This document shows positions 51,441-62,052 of a stretch of DNA of 64,000 nucleotides, piece by piece (position 1 is the first letter of the stretch; each line of letters starts with the position of its first letter). This DNA comes from an uncultured Planctomycetales bacterium (GTDB taxonomy: Bacteria > Omnitrophota > Gorgyraeia > Gygaellales > Profunditerraquicolaceae). The notes beneath the pieces were generated by a model, which searched no databases, was not told the origin of the DNA, and saw only the letters and a list, made by a program, of their open reading frames with translations. The stretch spans positions 332,701 to 396,700 of the forward strand of contig CAZIUK010000001.1 of assembly GCA_964542785.1 (NCBI GenBank), written 5' to 3'. A program made the position numbers and the translations under genes.

Positions 51441-52073
51441 ATGGGGTTAATCTCTCTTTTCTTTTCTAACCCGGCGCTTTTTTTTATAGTTGCGTTTGTG
51501 CTTTTATATTCTGTAATTTTCCATGAAGTAGCGCACGGCTGGGCTGCTCTTCTTTTTGGTGATAGGACTGCGCAGGCTTACGGAAGACTTACTCTCAACC
51601 CTCTCTTGCATATTGATCCTATAGGTATCTTGATGCTTTTTTTAGTAGGTTTTGGTTGGGCTAAGCCCGTTCCAGTAAATTATTATAATTTAAAGAATAG
51701 TCGCTTAGCCTTATTTTGCGTCTCTTTGGCTGGTTGTTTTACCAATATTTTAATCGCTATAATTGCTATCATTTTAGCTCAATTTGATTTTGTTAATTCT
51801 CATCCTGCTTCTTTGGTTATATTGCCGCTTGTAATCAGAGTAAATATTATCTTAGGGGCATTTAACCTTATCCCTATCCCTCCTTTAGACGGCTCTAAGA
51901 TACTTATGAGTTTCTTGCCTTATCAAGCTCAGGAGAGGATGTCTCGTTTGGAGCCATACGGTTTTTTTATTTTAGTAATCTTGTTATTTACCGGAGTATT
52001 AACCCCGCTTATATCCTTTATGCAGGGGTTAATCTATAATCTAATTTTATTTTTCTTTAGTATTTTTAGATGA
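51441..52073 (+). CDS. Site-2 protease (M50) family membrane metalloprotease
   Basis: It has the HEVAH motif within a transmembrane helix and the LDG motif. Confidence 0.6.
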   Translation: MGLISLFFSNPALFFIVAFVLLYSVIFHEVAHGWAALLFGDRTAQAYGRLTLNPLLHIDPIGILMLFLVGFGWAKPVPVNYYNLKNSRLALFCVSLAGCFTNILIAIIAIILAQFDFVNSHPASLVILPLVIRVNIILGAFNLIPIPPLDGSKILMSFLPYQAQERMSRLEPYGFFILVILLFTGVLTPLISFMQGLIYNLILFFFSIFR

Positions 52074-52074
52074 T

Positions 52075-53019
52075 ATGAATAAAAAGAATATTTTAGTGGT
52101 TGTATTTTTAACTCTTTTTTTACCAGCTATCTCCATATTTTCTTATCAGAAGGTCTTAGATTATAAGAAGGAGAGTGGGTTCAAAATCCTTTTAAAGAAA
52201 AGAAGAGTAGCATTAGAGGAGCTTAGATTAAAACTAAAAGATGAGATTAATAAGTTTAAGGGCGAGTCGGGAGTTATCATTAAAGACTTAGAGAGTGGGT
52301 GGGAGTTTTCTTGGCAGAAGGATAAGCTTTTTGCTTCTGCAAGCTTAGTAAAATTACCTATTATGGCCGCAACTTTTTATGCTGTTGAAGAGGGGAAGGC
52401 TGGCCTTGGGCAGAGTATAGTACTTAAAAACTCGGATAAGTTCACTGGCTCAGGCACGCTTAAAAGCGTGCCGGCAGGGGCTCTTTTTACTCTTGAGCGT
52501 TTAATCGGGCTTATGATTTATGATAGTGATAATACTGCTACCAATATCATCACCAATCTACTTGGGATAGATTATTTGAATAACCAATTTAAGGTATTTG
52601 GCTTGAAAAATACCTTGCTCTCGCGGAAGGTTGCTGATTACAGTATGCGCGCTAAAGGGGTTGAAAATTATACGAATGCTGAGGACGTAGCGTTTTTATT
52701 GGAGAATATATACAAGGGTAAGCTTATTAATAGAGAGTGGTCTGAGAGATCTATAAATATTCTTAAGTTAACGCACTTAAATGACAGGATACCGAAATAC
52801 CTGCCTGCGCAGATAACAGTTGCACATAAGACTGGCTTAGAGCGTAATGTCTGTCATGATGCAGGAATAGTCTTTACGCCAAAAGGGGATTTTCTTATCT
52901 GCGTTTTAACCCGTTATAAAAATGGGGATATCCAGGGGGCTAAAGAATTTATAGCTAAACTTGCTTCTCTTACATATAGTTTTACTATGACGAATAACTT
53001 TCTTTATGAAAGGAGGTAA
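52075..53019 (+). CDS. Class A beta-lactamase-like serine hydrolase
   Basis: It has a signal peptide and the SLVK (SxxK), SDN and KTG motifs. Confidence 0.6.
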   Translation: MNKKNILVVVFLTLFLPAISIFSYQKVLDYKKESGFKILLKKRRVALEELRLKLKDEINKFKGESGVIIKDLESGWEFSWQKDKLFASASLVKLPIMAATFYAVEEGKAGLGQSIVLKNSDKFTGSGTLKSVPAGALFTLERLIGLMIYDSDNTATNIITNLLGIDYLNNQFKVFGLKNTLLSRKVADYSMRAKGVENYTNAEDVAFLLENIYKGKLINREWSERSINILKLTHLNDRIPKYLPAQITVAHKTGLERNVCHDAGIVFTPKGDFLICVLTRYKNGDIQGAKEFIAKLASLTYSFTMTNNFLYERR

Positions 53020-53022
53020 GAG

Positions 53023-54081
53023 GTGGGGGATTATATTTATAAGATATTAAACTTTGTTATTTTAGATAACTCCGTTCAAAGATACATAATATCAATATGC
53101 CTTTTGGTTTTAGGGATCCTGGTTATTAGGTTAATTGCAAGGAGGATAATTGCTCGTCTTAAAACGCTTGCTGCTAAGACTGAAACGACTTTTGATGATT
53201 TTCTAGTAAGCCTACTAAATAGGATTGTCCTGCCTTTATCTTATCTATTAGTCGTTTATGTGGGCTTGAAAATCTTATCATTCCCTCAAAGAGCCGTAAA
53301 GATTTTTAATTATCTTATCCTCGGAGTTATCCTATTTTTTATTGTAAGGGCATTAATTTCATTTATAGCTTATGGATTTAAGGTTTATCTTAAAAGGAAA
53401 AATGGGGACATAACCTTAGAAAAGAGCCTTCAGGGGATTATGGCGGTTATTAGGGTTGTTGTTTGGGTTGGCGCGGTTGTGTTCTTCTTGGATAATTTAG
53501 GGTTTAAAATATCTGCGGTTATCGCCGGCTTAGGTATTGGAGGTGTAGCAGTAGCTTTGGCTGCGCAGGCCATACTTAAAGACTTATTTAGTTATTTTTG
53601 TATCTTATTTGACCATCCCTTTAAAGTAGGGGATTTTGTTATAATCGGTGATTTTATGGGGACGATTGAACATATAGGCATAAAGACTACACGTATCCGT
53701 AGTTTAGGCGGAGAGATGTTGGTCTTTTCTAACTCTGACCTTACTGATTCGCGCCTGCGCAATTATAGACTTATGGAGAAGCGTAGGGTTGCTTTTAATT
53801 TAAGGGTAGTCCATCAGACTCCCTTAAAGGACCTACGGGATATACCCGAAATAATCAAGAATATTATCTTAAAGACTAAGGATGCTTCTTTTGACCGCGC
53901 GCATTTCTTTTCCTACGGGGATTATAGTCTTGTCTTCGAGATAGTTTATTATGTTTTAAGCGGTGATTATAATAAGTATATGGATATACAGCAGGATATA
54001 AATTTTGCTATTAAAGAGGAGTTTGATAAGAGAGGTATTAAGTTAGCATACCCGACTCAGGTTGTATATTTACCTAAATGA
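53023..54081 (+). CDS. Mechanosensitive ion channel (MscS family)
   Basis: Transmembrane helices are followed by the conserved MscS core (GIGGVAVALAAQ...). Confidence 0.75.
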   Translation: MGDYIYKILNFVILDNSVQRYIISICLLVLGILVIRLIARRIIARLKTLAAKTETTFDDFLVSLLNRIVLPLSYLLVVYVGLKILSFPQRAVKIFNYLILGVILFFIVRALISFIAYGFKVYLKRKNGDITLEKSLQGIMAVIRVVVWVGAVVFFLDNLGFKISAVIAGLGIGGVAVALAAQAILKDLFSYFCILFDHPFKVGDFVIIGDFMGTIEHIGIKTTRIRSLGGEMLVFSNSDLTDSRLRNYRLMEKRRVAFNLRVVHQTPLKDLRDIPEIIKNIILKTKDASFDRAHFFSYGDYSLVFEIVYYVLSGDYNKYMDIQQDINFAIKEEFDKRGIKLAYPTQVVYLPK

Positions 54082-54306
54082 TTCTTTAAAAACTCTTGAT
54101 ATAAGAGCCTCTTAAGCTTATAATTATTAGAATCAATTCGCTTCCCCTAAAAATATTTTTTTAACGCTTTTAGATAGTTTCTTGTTATATTGAAGGCGGA
54201 AAGTTGAAGGAGAGTGAAGTAGGTGTTGATTGTGGCGGAGTGGTAGATAGGGAGAGATTATCCGTGTAAGATTGATAAAGTCTTTAAGAAACCCGAGGAA
54301 AGATAG

Positions 54307-55929
54307 ATGGTACAAGAGATTATATTTGGAGTTTTAGGCGGTTTAGGGCTTTTTATCTACGGCATCCGCAAGATGAGCGATGGGTTACACAAGGCAAGTG
54401 GGGAGAAGTTACGCAAGGTTTTGCACTCTTTAACCAGAGGGCCTAAGAGAGGTATCTTGGTAGGCGCAGGGATAACTAGCTTAATACAGTCTTCCTCTGC
54501 GACTACGGTTATGGTCGTTGGGTTTGTAAATGCAGGACTTATGACCCTTAATCAGTCTTTGGGGGTTATCTTCGGTGCTAACATTGGTACTACCATAACT
54601 GCCCAGTTAATAGCCTTTAAACTTACTGATTATGCCTTGCCGGTTATAGGGGTTGCTATGTTGGTGGCGGTAGTATCAAAGCGTAGGATACACAGGAATA
54701 TAGCAGAGTGTTTTTTAGGATTCGGTATTCTTTTTTTAGGGTTAAATATCTTAACGCAGGTTATAAAGCCGCTCGGTGATTTGCAGGCTTTTAAAGATAT
54801 ATTATTAAATTTTAGCGGAAACCCTTTATTAGGAATATTAGCCGGTACCCTTGTGACTGCTATAATGCAGAGTAGCTCCGTTACTACAGGTATGATCTTA
54901 GGTTTATCTATGGCCGGGCTTATTGATTTAGGATTAGCCTTACCTCTAGTCTTAGGTTGTAATATCGGAACTTGTGTTACTGCCTTAATCGCTTCTTTTG
55001 GGACTAGCGTGGGTGCAAAGAGAGCTGCTGCCGCACATATAATTTTTAATATCGTCGGAGTTTCCATATTTTTGCCTTTTTTAGTTCCTTTTAAGCACCT
55101 TGTTTTTTTTACATCTTCTGATACTACAAGACAGATAGCTAATGCCCACACTTTATTTAACGTTATAAATACATTGATATTCATCCCACTTATCCCTCTT
55201 TTTGCGAAGTTTCTTAATTTTATTATAAAAGGTAAAGAAGAAGAGGAGGTAGAGTATTTGCCTAAGTTTCTAGAGAGACATCTTTTAAGTACCCCTCCTA
55301 TTGCTATAGAAGCGGCTATTAAAGAGATAGTAAGGACCTTAAGTCTAACTAAAAAGATGATTAGAATAGCAAGTAATAGTTTTATGAATAATGATTTAAG
55401 GTCTTTAGAGAAGATTACCCGCAGGGAAGAGGCGGTCGATTCTTTAAGGGAGGCTATTACCGATTATTTAGTCCAGCTCATGCAGAATCCTTTAAGCCCT
55501 AATGACTCTAAAAAAATACCACCTTTGATTCATGCAATTAATGATGTAGAGAGGATAGGAGACCATGCGGAAAACCTGCGCGACTTAGCTGAGCAGAAGA
55601 TAGAGAATAGACTCTCCTTTAGCGTTTTGGCAGTTGAAGAATTGCAGAGAATGTTTGATCAGATAGATAAGATGATTGATTGTTCCATAAAGGCCTTGCA
55701 ATTAGGGGATTTAAATGAGGCAAAATTTGTCATGGATGAGGAGTGTCAAATTAATCTTGTGCGCGATAGGCTTAAGAATAACCATACTAAACGTTTAGAA
55801 GAAGGAAGGTGCAATGTTCTTTCGGGAGTAGTTTTTCTTGATATTATAAGTAATCTTGAGAAGATAGGAGACCATCTTAACAATGTAGCCCAAGCAGTTA
55901 TTGTAGGCTTGCAATGGGGAAATAGTTAA
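54307..55929 (+). CDS. Na+/phosphate cotransporter (NptA family) with a C-terminal PhoU-like domain
   Basis: It has duplicated Na/Pi cotransporter repeats (SSSATT and QSSSVTT) and a PhoU-like C-terminus. Confidence 0.75.
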   Translation: MVQEIIFGVLGGLGLFIYGIRKMSDGLHKASGEKLRKVLHSLTRGPKRGILVGAGITSLIQSSSATTVMVVGFVNAGLMTLNQSLGVIFGANIGTTITAQLIAFKLTDYALPVIGVAMLVAVVSKRRIHRNIAECFLGFGILFLGLNILTQVIKPLGDLQAFKDILLNFSGNPLLGILAGTLVTAIMQSSSVTTGMILGLSMAGLIDLGLALPLVLGCNIGTCVTALIASFGTSVGAKRAAAAHIIFNIVGVSIFLPFLVPFKHLVFFTSSDTTRQIANAHTLFNVINTLIFIPLIPLFAKFLNFIIKGKEEEEVEYLPKFLERHLLSTPPIAIEAAIKEIVRTLSLTKKMIRIASNSFMNNDLRSLEKITRREEAVDSLREAITDYLVQLMQNPLSPNDSKKIPPLIHAINDVERIGDHAENLRDLAEQKIENRLSFSVLAVEELQRMFDQIDKMIDCSIKALQLGDLNEAKFVMDEECQINLVRDRLKNNHTKRLEEGRCNVLSGVVFLDIISNLEKIGDHLNNVAQAVIVGLQWGNS

Positions 55930-55943
55930 CAATTAATATATAT

Positions 55944-56045
55944 TGTGGGGAGGTTGTAGGAGCAGCCTGAGAGTTCCGGGGAGGACCGGATTACCCTTTA
56001 AAATACCTGACCTGGGTAATGCCAGCGTAGGGATAGAGTAAGTTT
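55944..56045 (+). promoter_or_regulatory. TPP (THI-box) riboswitch aptamer upstream of thi4
   Basis: It contains CUGAGA and ACCUGACCUGGGUAAUGCCAGCGUAGGGA, which are hallmark THI-element sequences. Confidence 0.75.
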
Positions 56046-56048
56046 ATA

Positions 56049-56079
56049 ACCCTTATACGTTTGGCATAAGGGTTTTTTG
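56049..56079 (+). terminator. Intrinsic terminator forming the riboswitch expression platform
   Basis: The stem cccttat...ataaggg is followed by TTTTTTG. Confidence 0.65.
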
Positions 56080-56110
56080 TTAAATTTAATTGAAAGCAAG
56101 GGAGGGGAGA

Positions 56111-56884
56111 ATGAAGATTGATGAATTAGTGGTCTCCAGAGGAATAATTGAGTCTTACAAAGAAAAATTAGTTAGGGCTTTAGATGTAGATGTAGCCATA
56201 GTAGGAGCAGGGCCGTCAGGGTTAATCTGTGGGTATTACCTTGCTAAAGAGAAGTTACGGGTTGTTCTTTTTGAACGCAAGCTTTCCATAGGCGGGGGGA
56301 TGTGGGGAGGCGGGATTATGTTTAATCAGATAGTAGTGCAAAAAGATGCAAAACCTATTCTTGATGAATTAGGAATAAATACAAGAGCTTATCAAGAGGG
56401 TTATTATTTAGCTGATGCAATAGAATCAGTATCAACCCTAACTTCTAAGGCAGTTAAAGCAGGGGTAAACATCTTTAATCTTTTAAGCGTAGAGGATGTA
56501 TTAGTTAGGGGTAAGCGCATTTGCGGATTAGTCTTAAATTGGAGCGCGGTTGAGATGGCTGGGCTTCATGTTGATCCGTTATCTATGCGCTCTAAGTATG
56601 TAGTAGACGCTACCGGGCATGCAGCTGAGGTGGCAAGGATAGTAGAGAAGAAATCCGGGATAAGGCTTAAGACAAAGACCGGTAGGATAATTGGAGAAGG
56701 TTCTATGGATGCTGATTTAGCGGAAAAGTTGACAATAAGTAATTCTAAAGAAGCCTGTGCCGGGCTCTATGTATGCGGGATGTGCGCTAATAGCGTTTTT
56801 GGGGGGCCGCGCATGGGGCCTATATTTGGAGGGATGCTTTTAAGTGGCAAAAAAGTTGCTTTAAAAATTAAAAAATCCATTTAA
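56111..56884 (+). CDS. thi4: Thiazole synthase Thi4 (thiamine biosynthesis)
   Basis: It has the FAD/NAD-binding motif [11 protein letters not shown] and Thi4-like sequence throughout. The start is taken at the ATG with RBS GGGAGGGGAG; the track ORF begins at a TTG at 56090. Confidence 0.75.
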   Translation: MKIDELVVSRGIIESYKEKLVRALDVDVAIVGAGPSGLICGYYLAKEKLRVVLFERKLSIGGGMWGGGIMFNQIVVQKDAKPILDELGINTRAYQEGYYLADAIESVSTLTSKAVKAGVNIFNLLSVEDVLVRGKRICGLVLNWSAVEMAGLHVDPLSMRSKYVVDATGHAAEVARIVEKKSGIRLKTKTGRIIGEGSMDADLAEKLTISNSKEACAGLYVCGMCANSVFGGPRMGPIFGGMLLSGKKVALKIKKSI

Positions 56885-56981
56885 CCCTTGCATAAAGATA
56901 AAGCACATATATAATTATATATATTTGTTGATTAATTATTATCAATTTAAATTTTCTACCTCTTAATTTAAGGGCTAAAAG

Positions 56982-59213
56982 ATGAAAAGAATATTACTTT
57001 TTATTCTTCCGATACTCATAATTGTTTCTATTGTCTTTACTTTCTTTGGCGTTATTCAGGCGCGCTATACGCAGGATAAGTTAATGGATGATTTAAGGCG
57101 CAAGGCAAGAACCATAGATGAAAGTATGGAGCTTGCAGTAAGGGGTATTTTAATAAATAACGACTTAAAATCAGCTAACCGTTTAGTAGAGAGTTTTCAA
57201 AAAAGAGAGAGACTTCAGGGTTCGGTACTTTATAATAGCCAAGGTAATATTATAGCGATAACTGAACGTATCTCTGATTGGCAAGATAAAGAAAAGCCTT
57301 ACATAAAAGAGATACTTGAAAAGAAAGGCACGCGCGGCTCAGTAGAGACCTTTAATGAGTATTCTGTTTACAGCTATATAATGCCTATTTTAGACGATGA
57401 GGAGAACGTATTAGGGTTAGTTGAAGTAATTTACGATACATCGTATTTATTTAATATTCTTTCAGAGATGTGGAGGAGGATAAGTACTACTTTGATTATT
57501 TTAATCTTACTTATCGGCTTAACAGCATTTTTAATTCAGAGGCAGATTTTTATTCTTCCTGTCCGTAGGCTTACTCAATGGTTTACCCATTTTCAAAGAG
57601 GAGAGACAGATAAACTTAAACCCTTTAAGGAGAAGGGTGAGTTTGGTAAGTTAATTAGCGAAGTTGAGCAGGTGGCTTTAGGATTAAGGGTAGCGCGTAA
57701 AGTAGTAACTGAAGAGGCTCATACGCGTGTTCAAAAAGAGGAGGTTTGGACTCAGGATAAACTTAGGGATTTGATTCACGCTAAATTAGGGGAGAATGCT
57801 TTTTTTGTCGTATCTAACCGTCAGCCTTTTATGCATATCTTAGATAAGCTAAGTAATAAGATTCGTTGTGTAAGACCGGCAAGCGGCGTGGTTACTGCTA
57901 TAGACCCGATTTTACGCTCCTGTGGAGGGGTTTGGATTGCGCATGGGAGCGGAAACGCAGATAAAGAGATGGTAAACTCTAAGGATAAACTTGGCGTGCC
58001 TCCGGAAGATATCCGTTACATACTAAAGAGGGTTTGGTTAAATAAAGAAGAAGAGGAGGGTTACTATTACGGTTTTTCTAATGAGGGCCTGTGGCCGCTT
58101 TGCCATGTAACGCATACCCGCCCGATATTTAGAGACAGCGATTGGCAGATGTATAAGAAGGTTAATTATAAATTTACCGAGAGTTTATTATCTGAGCTCC
58201 CGGTTAAAAGTCCCTTTATCTTCCTACAGGATTATCACTTTACCCTCATGGCTAAAATGATAAAAGAAAAACGCCCGGATGCTACGATAGCCCTCTTTTG
58301 GCATATTCCGTGGCCTAACCCCGAAGTCTTCTCAATTTGTCCCTATCAACAGGAGATATTAGAGGGGATGCTTGCTTGTGATTTAATAGGTTTTCAGGTG
58401 CAGAATCATTGCAATAATTTCTTAGATACCGCTAATAGGTTGATTGAGTGTAGGGTTGACACTGAAAAATTTTCAGTTGTTAGAGGGGATAAAGAGACCT
58501 TTGTAAGATCCTTTCCTATTAGTATAGATGGATATTTTAATTCTGATATTGATAAAGATAACAAGGTGTTAAAGGAGATAAAAAGCGAATACGATCTTGA
58601 GGGAAAGATTATCGGTGTAGGCGTAGACAGGATAGATTATACCAAAGGTTTAGCAGAGAGGATTCTTGCGATAGATAGATTTTTAGAGAAATACCCTGAA
58701 TATAAGGGTAAGTTTGTCTTTATTCAGCTTGCTGCCCCTAGTAGGACGCATATTAAACGTTACCATGAGTTGGCAGGAGAGTTAGATGAGTTGGTAGAGA
58801 AGAAAAACTGGAAGCATTCAGAAGGTAATTGGAAGCCGATTATTTACCTAAAGAGGCATTTTTCTCCAGAAGAGATATACCCCTATTTTAAGCTTGCTGA
58901 TTTATGTATTGTAAGTTCTTTGCATGATGGGATGAATTTGGTGGCTAAAGAGTATATTGCTTCAAAGCCAAATCTTAACGGAGCTTTGATTCTAAGCCGT
59001 TTTACCGGAGCCTCAAGAGAACTTACTGACGCTATTTCAATCAACCCTTATTCTATAGAGGATTTTGCTGATGCTATTAAAGAGGCGATAGAACTACCGG
59101 AAGAAGAGAAGAGAAGGCGCATGGAGAATATGCGTAGAATAATCAGCGAGAATAATATTTATCGTTGGGCAGGGGATATTGTCACGGAGTTAACCGGGTT
59201 AAAGAAAGGATAA
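56982..59213 (+). CDS. otsA: Trehalose-6-phosphate synthase (OtsA, GT20) fused to an N-terminal two-TM sensor-like domain
   Basis: The OtsA-like domain starts at about aa 260 (FFVVSNRQP...). The N-terminal 250 aa have a transmembrane helix, a periplasmic-size loop, a second transmembrane helix and a HAMP-like linker. Confidence 0.7.
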   Translation: MKRILLFILPILIIVSIVFTFFGVIQARYTQDKLMDDLRRKARTIDESMELAVRGILINNDLKSANRLVESFQKRERLQGSVLYNSQGNIIAITERISDWQDKEKPYIKEILEKKGTRGSVETFNEYSVYSYIMPILDDEENVLGLVEVIYDTSYLFNILSEMWRRISTTLIILILLIGLTAFLIQRQIFILPVRRLTQWFTHFQRGETDKLKPFKEKGEFGKLISEVEQVALGLRVARKVVTEEAHTRVQKEEVWTQDKLRDLIHAKLGENAFFVVSNRQPFMHILDKLSNKIRCVRPASGVVTAIDPILRSCGGVWIAHGSGNADKEMVNSKDKLGVPPEDIRYILKRVWLNKEEEEGYYYGFSNEGLWPLCHVTHTRPIFRDSDWQMYKKVNYKFTESLLSELPVKSPFIFLQDYHFTLMAKMIKEKRPDATIALFWHIPWPNPEVFSICPYQQEILEGMLACDLIGFQVQNHCNNFLDTANRLIECRVDTEKFSVVRGDKETFVRSFPISIDGYFNSDIDKDNKVLKEIKSEYDLEGKIIGVGVDRIDYTKGLAERILAIDRFLEKYPEYKGKFVFIQLAAPSRTHIKRYHELAGELDELVEKKNWKHSEGNWKPIIYLKRHFSPEEIYPYFKLADLCIVSSLHDGMNLVAKEYIASKPNLNGALILSRFTGASRELTDAISINPYSIEDFADAIKEAIELPEEEKRRRMENMRRIISENNIYRWAGDIVTELTGLKKG

Positions 59214-60005
59214 ATGGAGCATTTATTTTTCAATTGGGAGAAGGTAAAGAAAAGTTTAAACGGGGCATACGTATTTTTGTTTTTAGACTTTGACGGCACC
59301 CTCTCTCCGATTGTAAGCACCCCGGACAAGGCGGTTATACCTTTAGAGGTCAGAACCCTGTTAAGTGATATCTCTCTAAAGAAAGATTTTAAGGTAGCTA
59401 TTATAAGCGGAAGGTCTTTGGCGGATATAAAAAAAAGAGTAGGGGTTGAGGGAATAATTTATTCAGGCAACCACGGTTTAGAGGTTGAGAGTCCTAAGAT
59501 TAACCATAAGCCGCAGATATCACTTGAATATTTACAGGGCCTAAAAAAAATAAAGTCAGAGCTTAAAGAAAGGTTTAAGGACATTAAGGGGGTATTTATA
59601 GAGGATAAAGGGATCTCACTGGCAGTTCATTTTCGTCAGGCAGGTAAAAAAGAAACAGATCTTATAAAGACGATCTTCCGTGAGGTAGCTATAATACCTT
59701 CGGTTGTAAAAAAAATAAAGATACGCACTGGTAAGAAAGTTATTGAGGCAGGGCCTCCGGTTGAGTGGGATAAAGGGAAGATGGTCTTGTGGCTTATCTC
59801 CCGACAGATGTTTAGTCTTGACGGGAATAAAGAAGTAGTTGCTATCTACCTAGGTGATGATCTAACTGATGAGGATGCATTTAAGGCCTTGGAGAAAGAT
59901 GGGATTACTATTTTAGTAGGGGCTAAGAGGGCCTCACTTGCTAAATATTACCTTAATAGCCCAAAAGAAGTATATAAGTTTTTATCTTTTATTCGTGACC
60001 TTTAA
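59214..60005 (+). CDS. otsB: Trehalose-6-phosphate phosphatase (OtsB, HAD family)
   Basis: It has the HAD motif I (FLDFDGTLSP) and the motif GDDLTDEDAF. Confidence 0.75.
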   Translation: MEHLFFNWEKVKKSLNGAYVFLFLDFDGTLSPIVSTPDKAVIPLEVRTLLSDISLKKDFKVAIISGRSLADIKKRVGVEGIIYSGNHGLEVESPKINHKPQISLEYLQGLKKIKSELKERFKDIKGVFIEDKGISLAVHFRQAGKKETDLIKTIFREVAIIPSVVKKIKIRTGKKVIEAGPPVEWDKGKMVLWLISRQMFSLDGNKEVVAIYLGDDLTDEDAFKALEKDGITILVGAKRASLAKYYLNSPKEVYKFLSFIRDL

Positions 60006-60017
60006 TTTTATAAAAGT

Positions 60018-60686
60018 ATGACTGATTTTATAAAAGCAAAAGAACCTTTTAGGTTTCATACTAGGCTTCATTTAAGCGAGTTAACAGGCTTAAGAGCTGT
60101 TAATTTAATACAACTTGTTGAATTAATTAAAGATGTTCCCGGTTCTAGTATATATCATCATACCCATAGGTTCCTTCAACAGCATCAGTTTCTCTCGCCT
60201 GAGCCGCCGAATGATTTTGCTTATTGGGCTACTGAGATATTGGGAGAGGATGAATTGGGAGAGAAACTTTCAAGCATTGATACGATAAAATATTCTACGA
60301 TACGCTCTTTAAGGGATAGGATAGTTGTGTCTATAGAAGCCTATCTTAGAGAAAATCCTTTGGCTAAGCTTAAGTTTGCCCGAGGGGGGGACGAGTTTCA
60401 TTTTATAAAGTCAGTTAGTTTTGTTATCCCTACGGATTATCTTGCGAGCGATTTAAGGGAATTTGCGGATATCTTAAAGAGGGTAACTATAGATTCTATT
60501 TATTTTCATATTTTTGAAGCGCGCCTAAGGTTAGAGAAGAGTGATAATGATTTTTCTAATTGGATTAGGACCTCGGTGGGGAGGGTAGATTTAGCAGATA
60601 GGATATCTAAATTAGACCCTTATACCTATACTTTAGAGGGCTTAAGGGGACGGCTCGTTGAGATGATAGAAAGAGGAATTAGTTAA
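60018..60686 (+). CDS. Hypothetical protein in the trehalose cluster
   Basis: 222 aa. Confidence 0.4.
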   Translation: MTDFIKAKEPFRFHTRLHLSELTGLRAVNLIQLVELIKDVPGSSIYHHTHRFLQQHQFLSPEPPNDFAYWATEILGEDELGEKLSSIDTIKYSTIRSLRDRIVVSIEAYLRENPLAKLKFARGGDEFHFIKSVSFVIPTDYLASDLREFADILKRVTIDSIYFHIFEARLRLEKSDNDFSNWIRTSVGRVDLADRISKLDPYTYTLEGLRGRLVEMIERGIS

Positions 60687-60691
60687 TTAAA

Positions 60692-61903
60692 ATGGCAGAA
60701 CTTAAAGATTATATTCCAATAGTTGGAGAGTCAATCATTGAAGATTTAAGGTTACTTGCTAAGCGCCTTGAAGGAAAGACCATCCAGCATATTAACTCTA
60801 CTGCCGTAGGTGGGGGAGTAGCTGAGATACTAACCCGGGCAGTCCCCCTATTAAACGAGTTGGGGATAAATACAAAATGGGATGTTATAAAAGGAGGCGA
60901 AGATTTTTTTGAGGTAACTAAAAAATTCCATAATGCCTTGCATGGAAGATTAGAAGAGATAACAGAGCGTGATTTTGATGTTTTTGTAGAGGCAGGAGAA
61001 GAAAATATTAGGGGATTGGATACTTATGGCGATATAGTTTTTGTCCATGACCCGCAACCTATATTCTTAGTGAATAAGCGCGCTGATAATAAATGGCTTT
61101 GGCGTTGCCATATAGATGTATCTAATCCAAATCAGAAGGTTTGGGGTTTTTTGATGGATTATATCATAAAATATGATTCTGCGGTATTTTCAGCCCCAAG
61201 CTTTTCCCAATGCTTGCCTATAAGGCAGTTCCTTATTTCGCCTTCAATCGATCCTTTAAGCGATAAGAATAAGGAATTGTCACAGGAGCTTATTGATTCA
61301 GTATTAAAGAAATATGGGATTAAGAAAGATAAACCGATTATTACTCAGATTTCTCGCTTTGATCGGTTAAAAGACCCGGTGGGGGTAATCCAGGCTTATT
61401 TACAGGTAAAAAAATATATTGATTGCCAACTTATTTTAGCTGGAGGTACCGCTAGTGATGACCCTGAAGGTTTACAGGTATTAGAAGAAGTAAGGGAAAG
61501 AGCCAAGGAAGACAAGGATATACATATACTCTTGTTGCCTCAGAATGATATAGAGGTCAATGCCTTACAGCGTTCTTCAGATGTGATAGTGCAAAAATCT
61601 ATTAAAGAAGGTTTTGGTTTAACTGTTTCTGAAGCCCTCTGGAAGGCAAAGCCGGTGGTAGCCTCTAATGTAGGAGGGATTCCTTTGCAGATTAAACATA
61701 AATATTCAGGGTTGTTATGCCATTCTATAGAAGGGGCTGCATTTGCGATAAAGCAGCTTTTAAATAGCCCGGCTTATGCAAAGAGATTAGGCGAAAACGG
61801 AAGAGAGAATATCAGGAATAATTTTCTTTTGACCCGGCACTTAAAAGAATATATGCTCTTGTTCTTGTCGCTCTATCATGATAAGGACGTGGTTAAGATT
61901 TAA
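60692..61903 (+). CDS. treT: Trehalose glycosyltransferring synthase TreT (GT4)
   Basis: Several blocks match archaeal/bacterial TreT: HINSTAVGGGVAEIL, WLWRCHIDVSNPN, PSIDPLSDKN, PIITQISRFD, DDPEG and REGFGLTVSEALWKAKPV. Confidence 0.7.
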   Translation: MAELKDYIPIVGESIIEDLRLLAKRLEGKTIQHINSTAVGGGVAEILTRAVPLLNELGINTKWDVIKGGEDFFEVTKKFHNALHGRLEEITERDFDVFVEAGEENIRGLDTYGDIVFVHDPQPIFLVNKRADNKWLWRCHIDVSNPNQKVWGFLMDYIIKYDSAVFSAPSFSQCLPIRQFLISPSIDPLSDKNKELSQELIDSVLKKYGIKKDKPIITQISRFDRLKDPVGVIQAYLQVKKYIDCQLILAGGTASDDPEGLQVLEEVRERAKEDKDIHILLLPQNDIEVNALQRSSDVIVQKSIKEGFGLTVSEALWKAKPVVASNVGGIPLQIKHKYSGLLCHSIEGAAFAIKQLLNSPAYAKRLGENGRENIRNNFLLTRHLKEYMLLFLSLYHDKDVVKI

Positions 61904-62052
61904 GAAGAATGGCGGAATAGCAGAGGTTAAAAAGATTTTTCTTGTTTTTTATAAATAATTATGGTAAAGTTTGTTCCTGCCTTTTAATTTCTTTGCCTAA
62001 AAAATCAATCAGATAAGCAAGGTAAAGATTAAGCGTATAGGGTGTATAAGAT

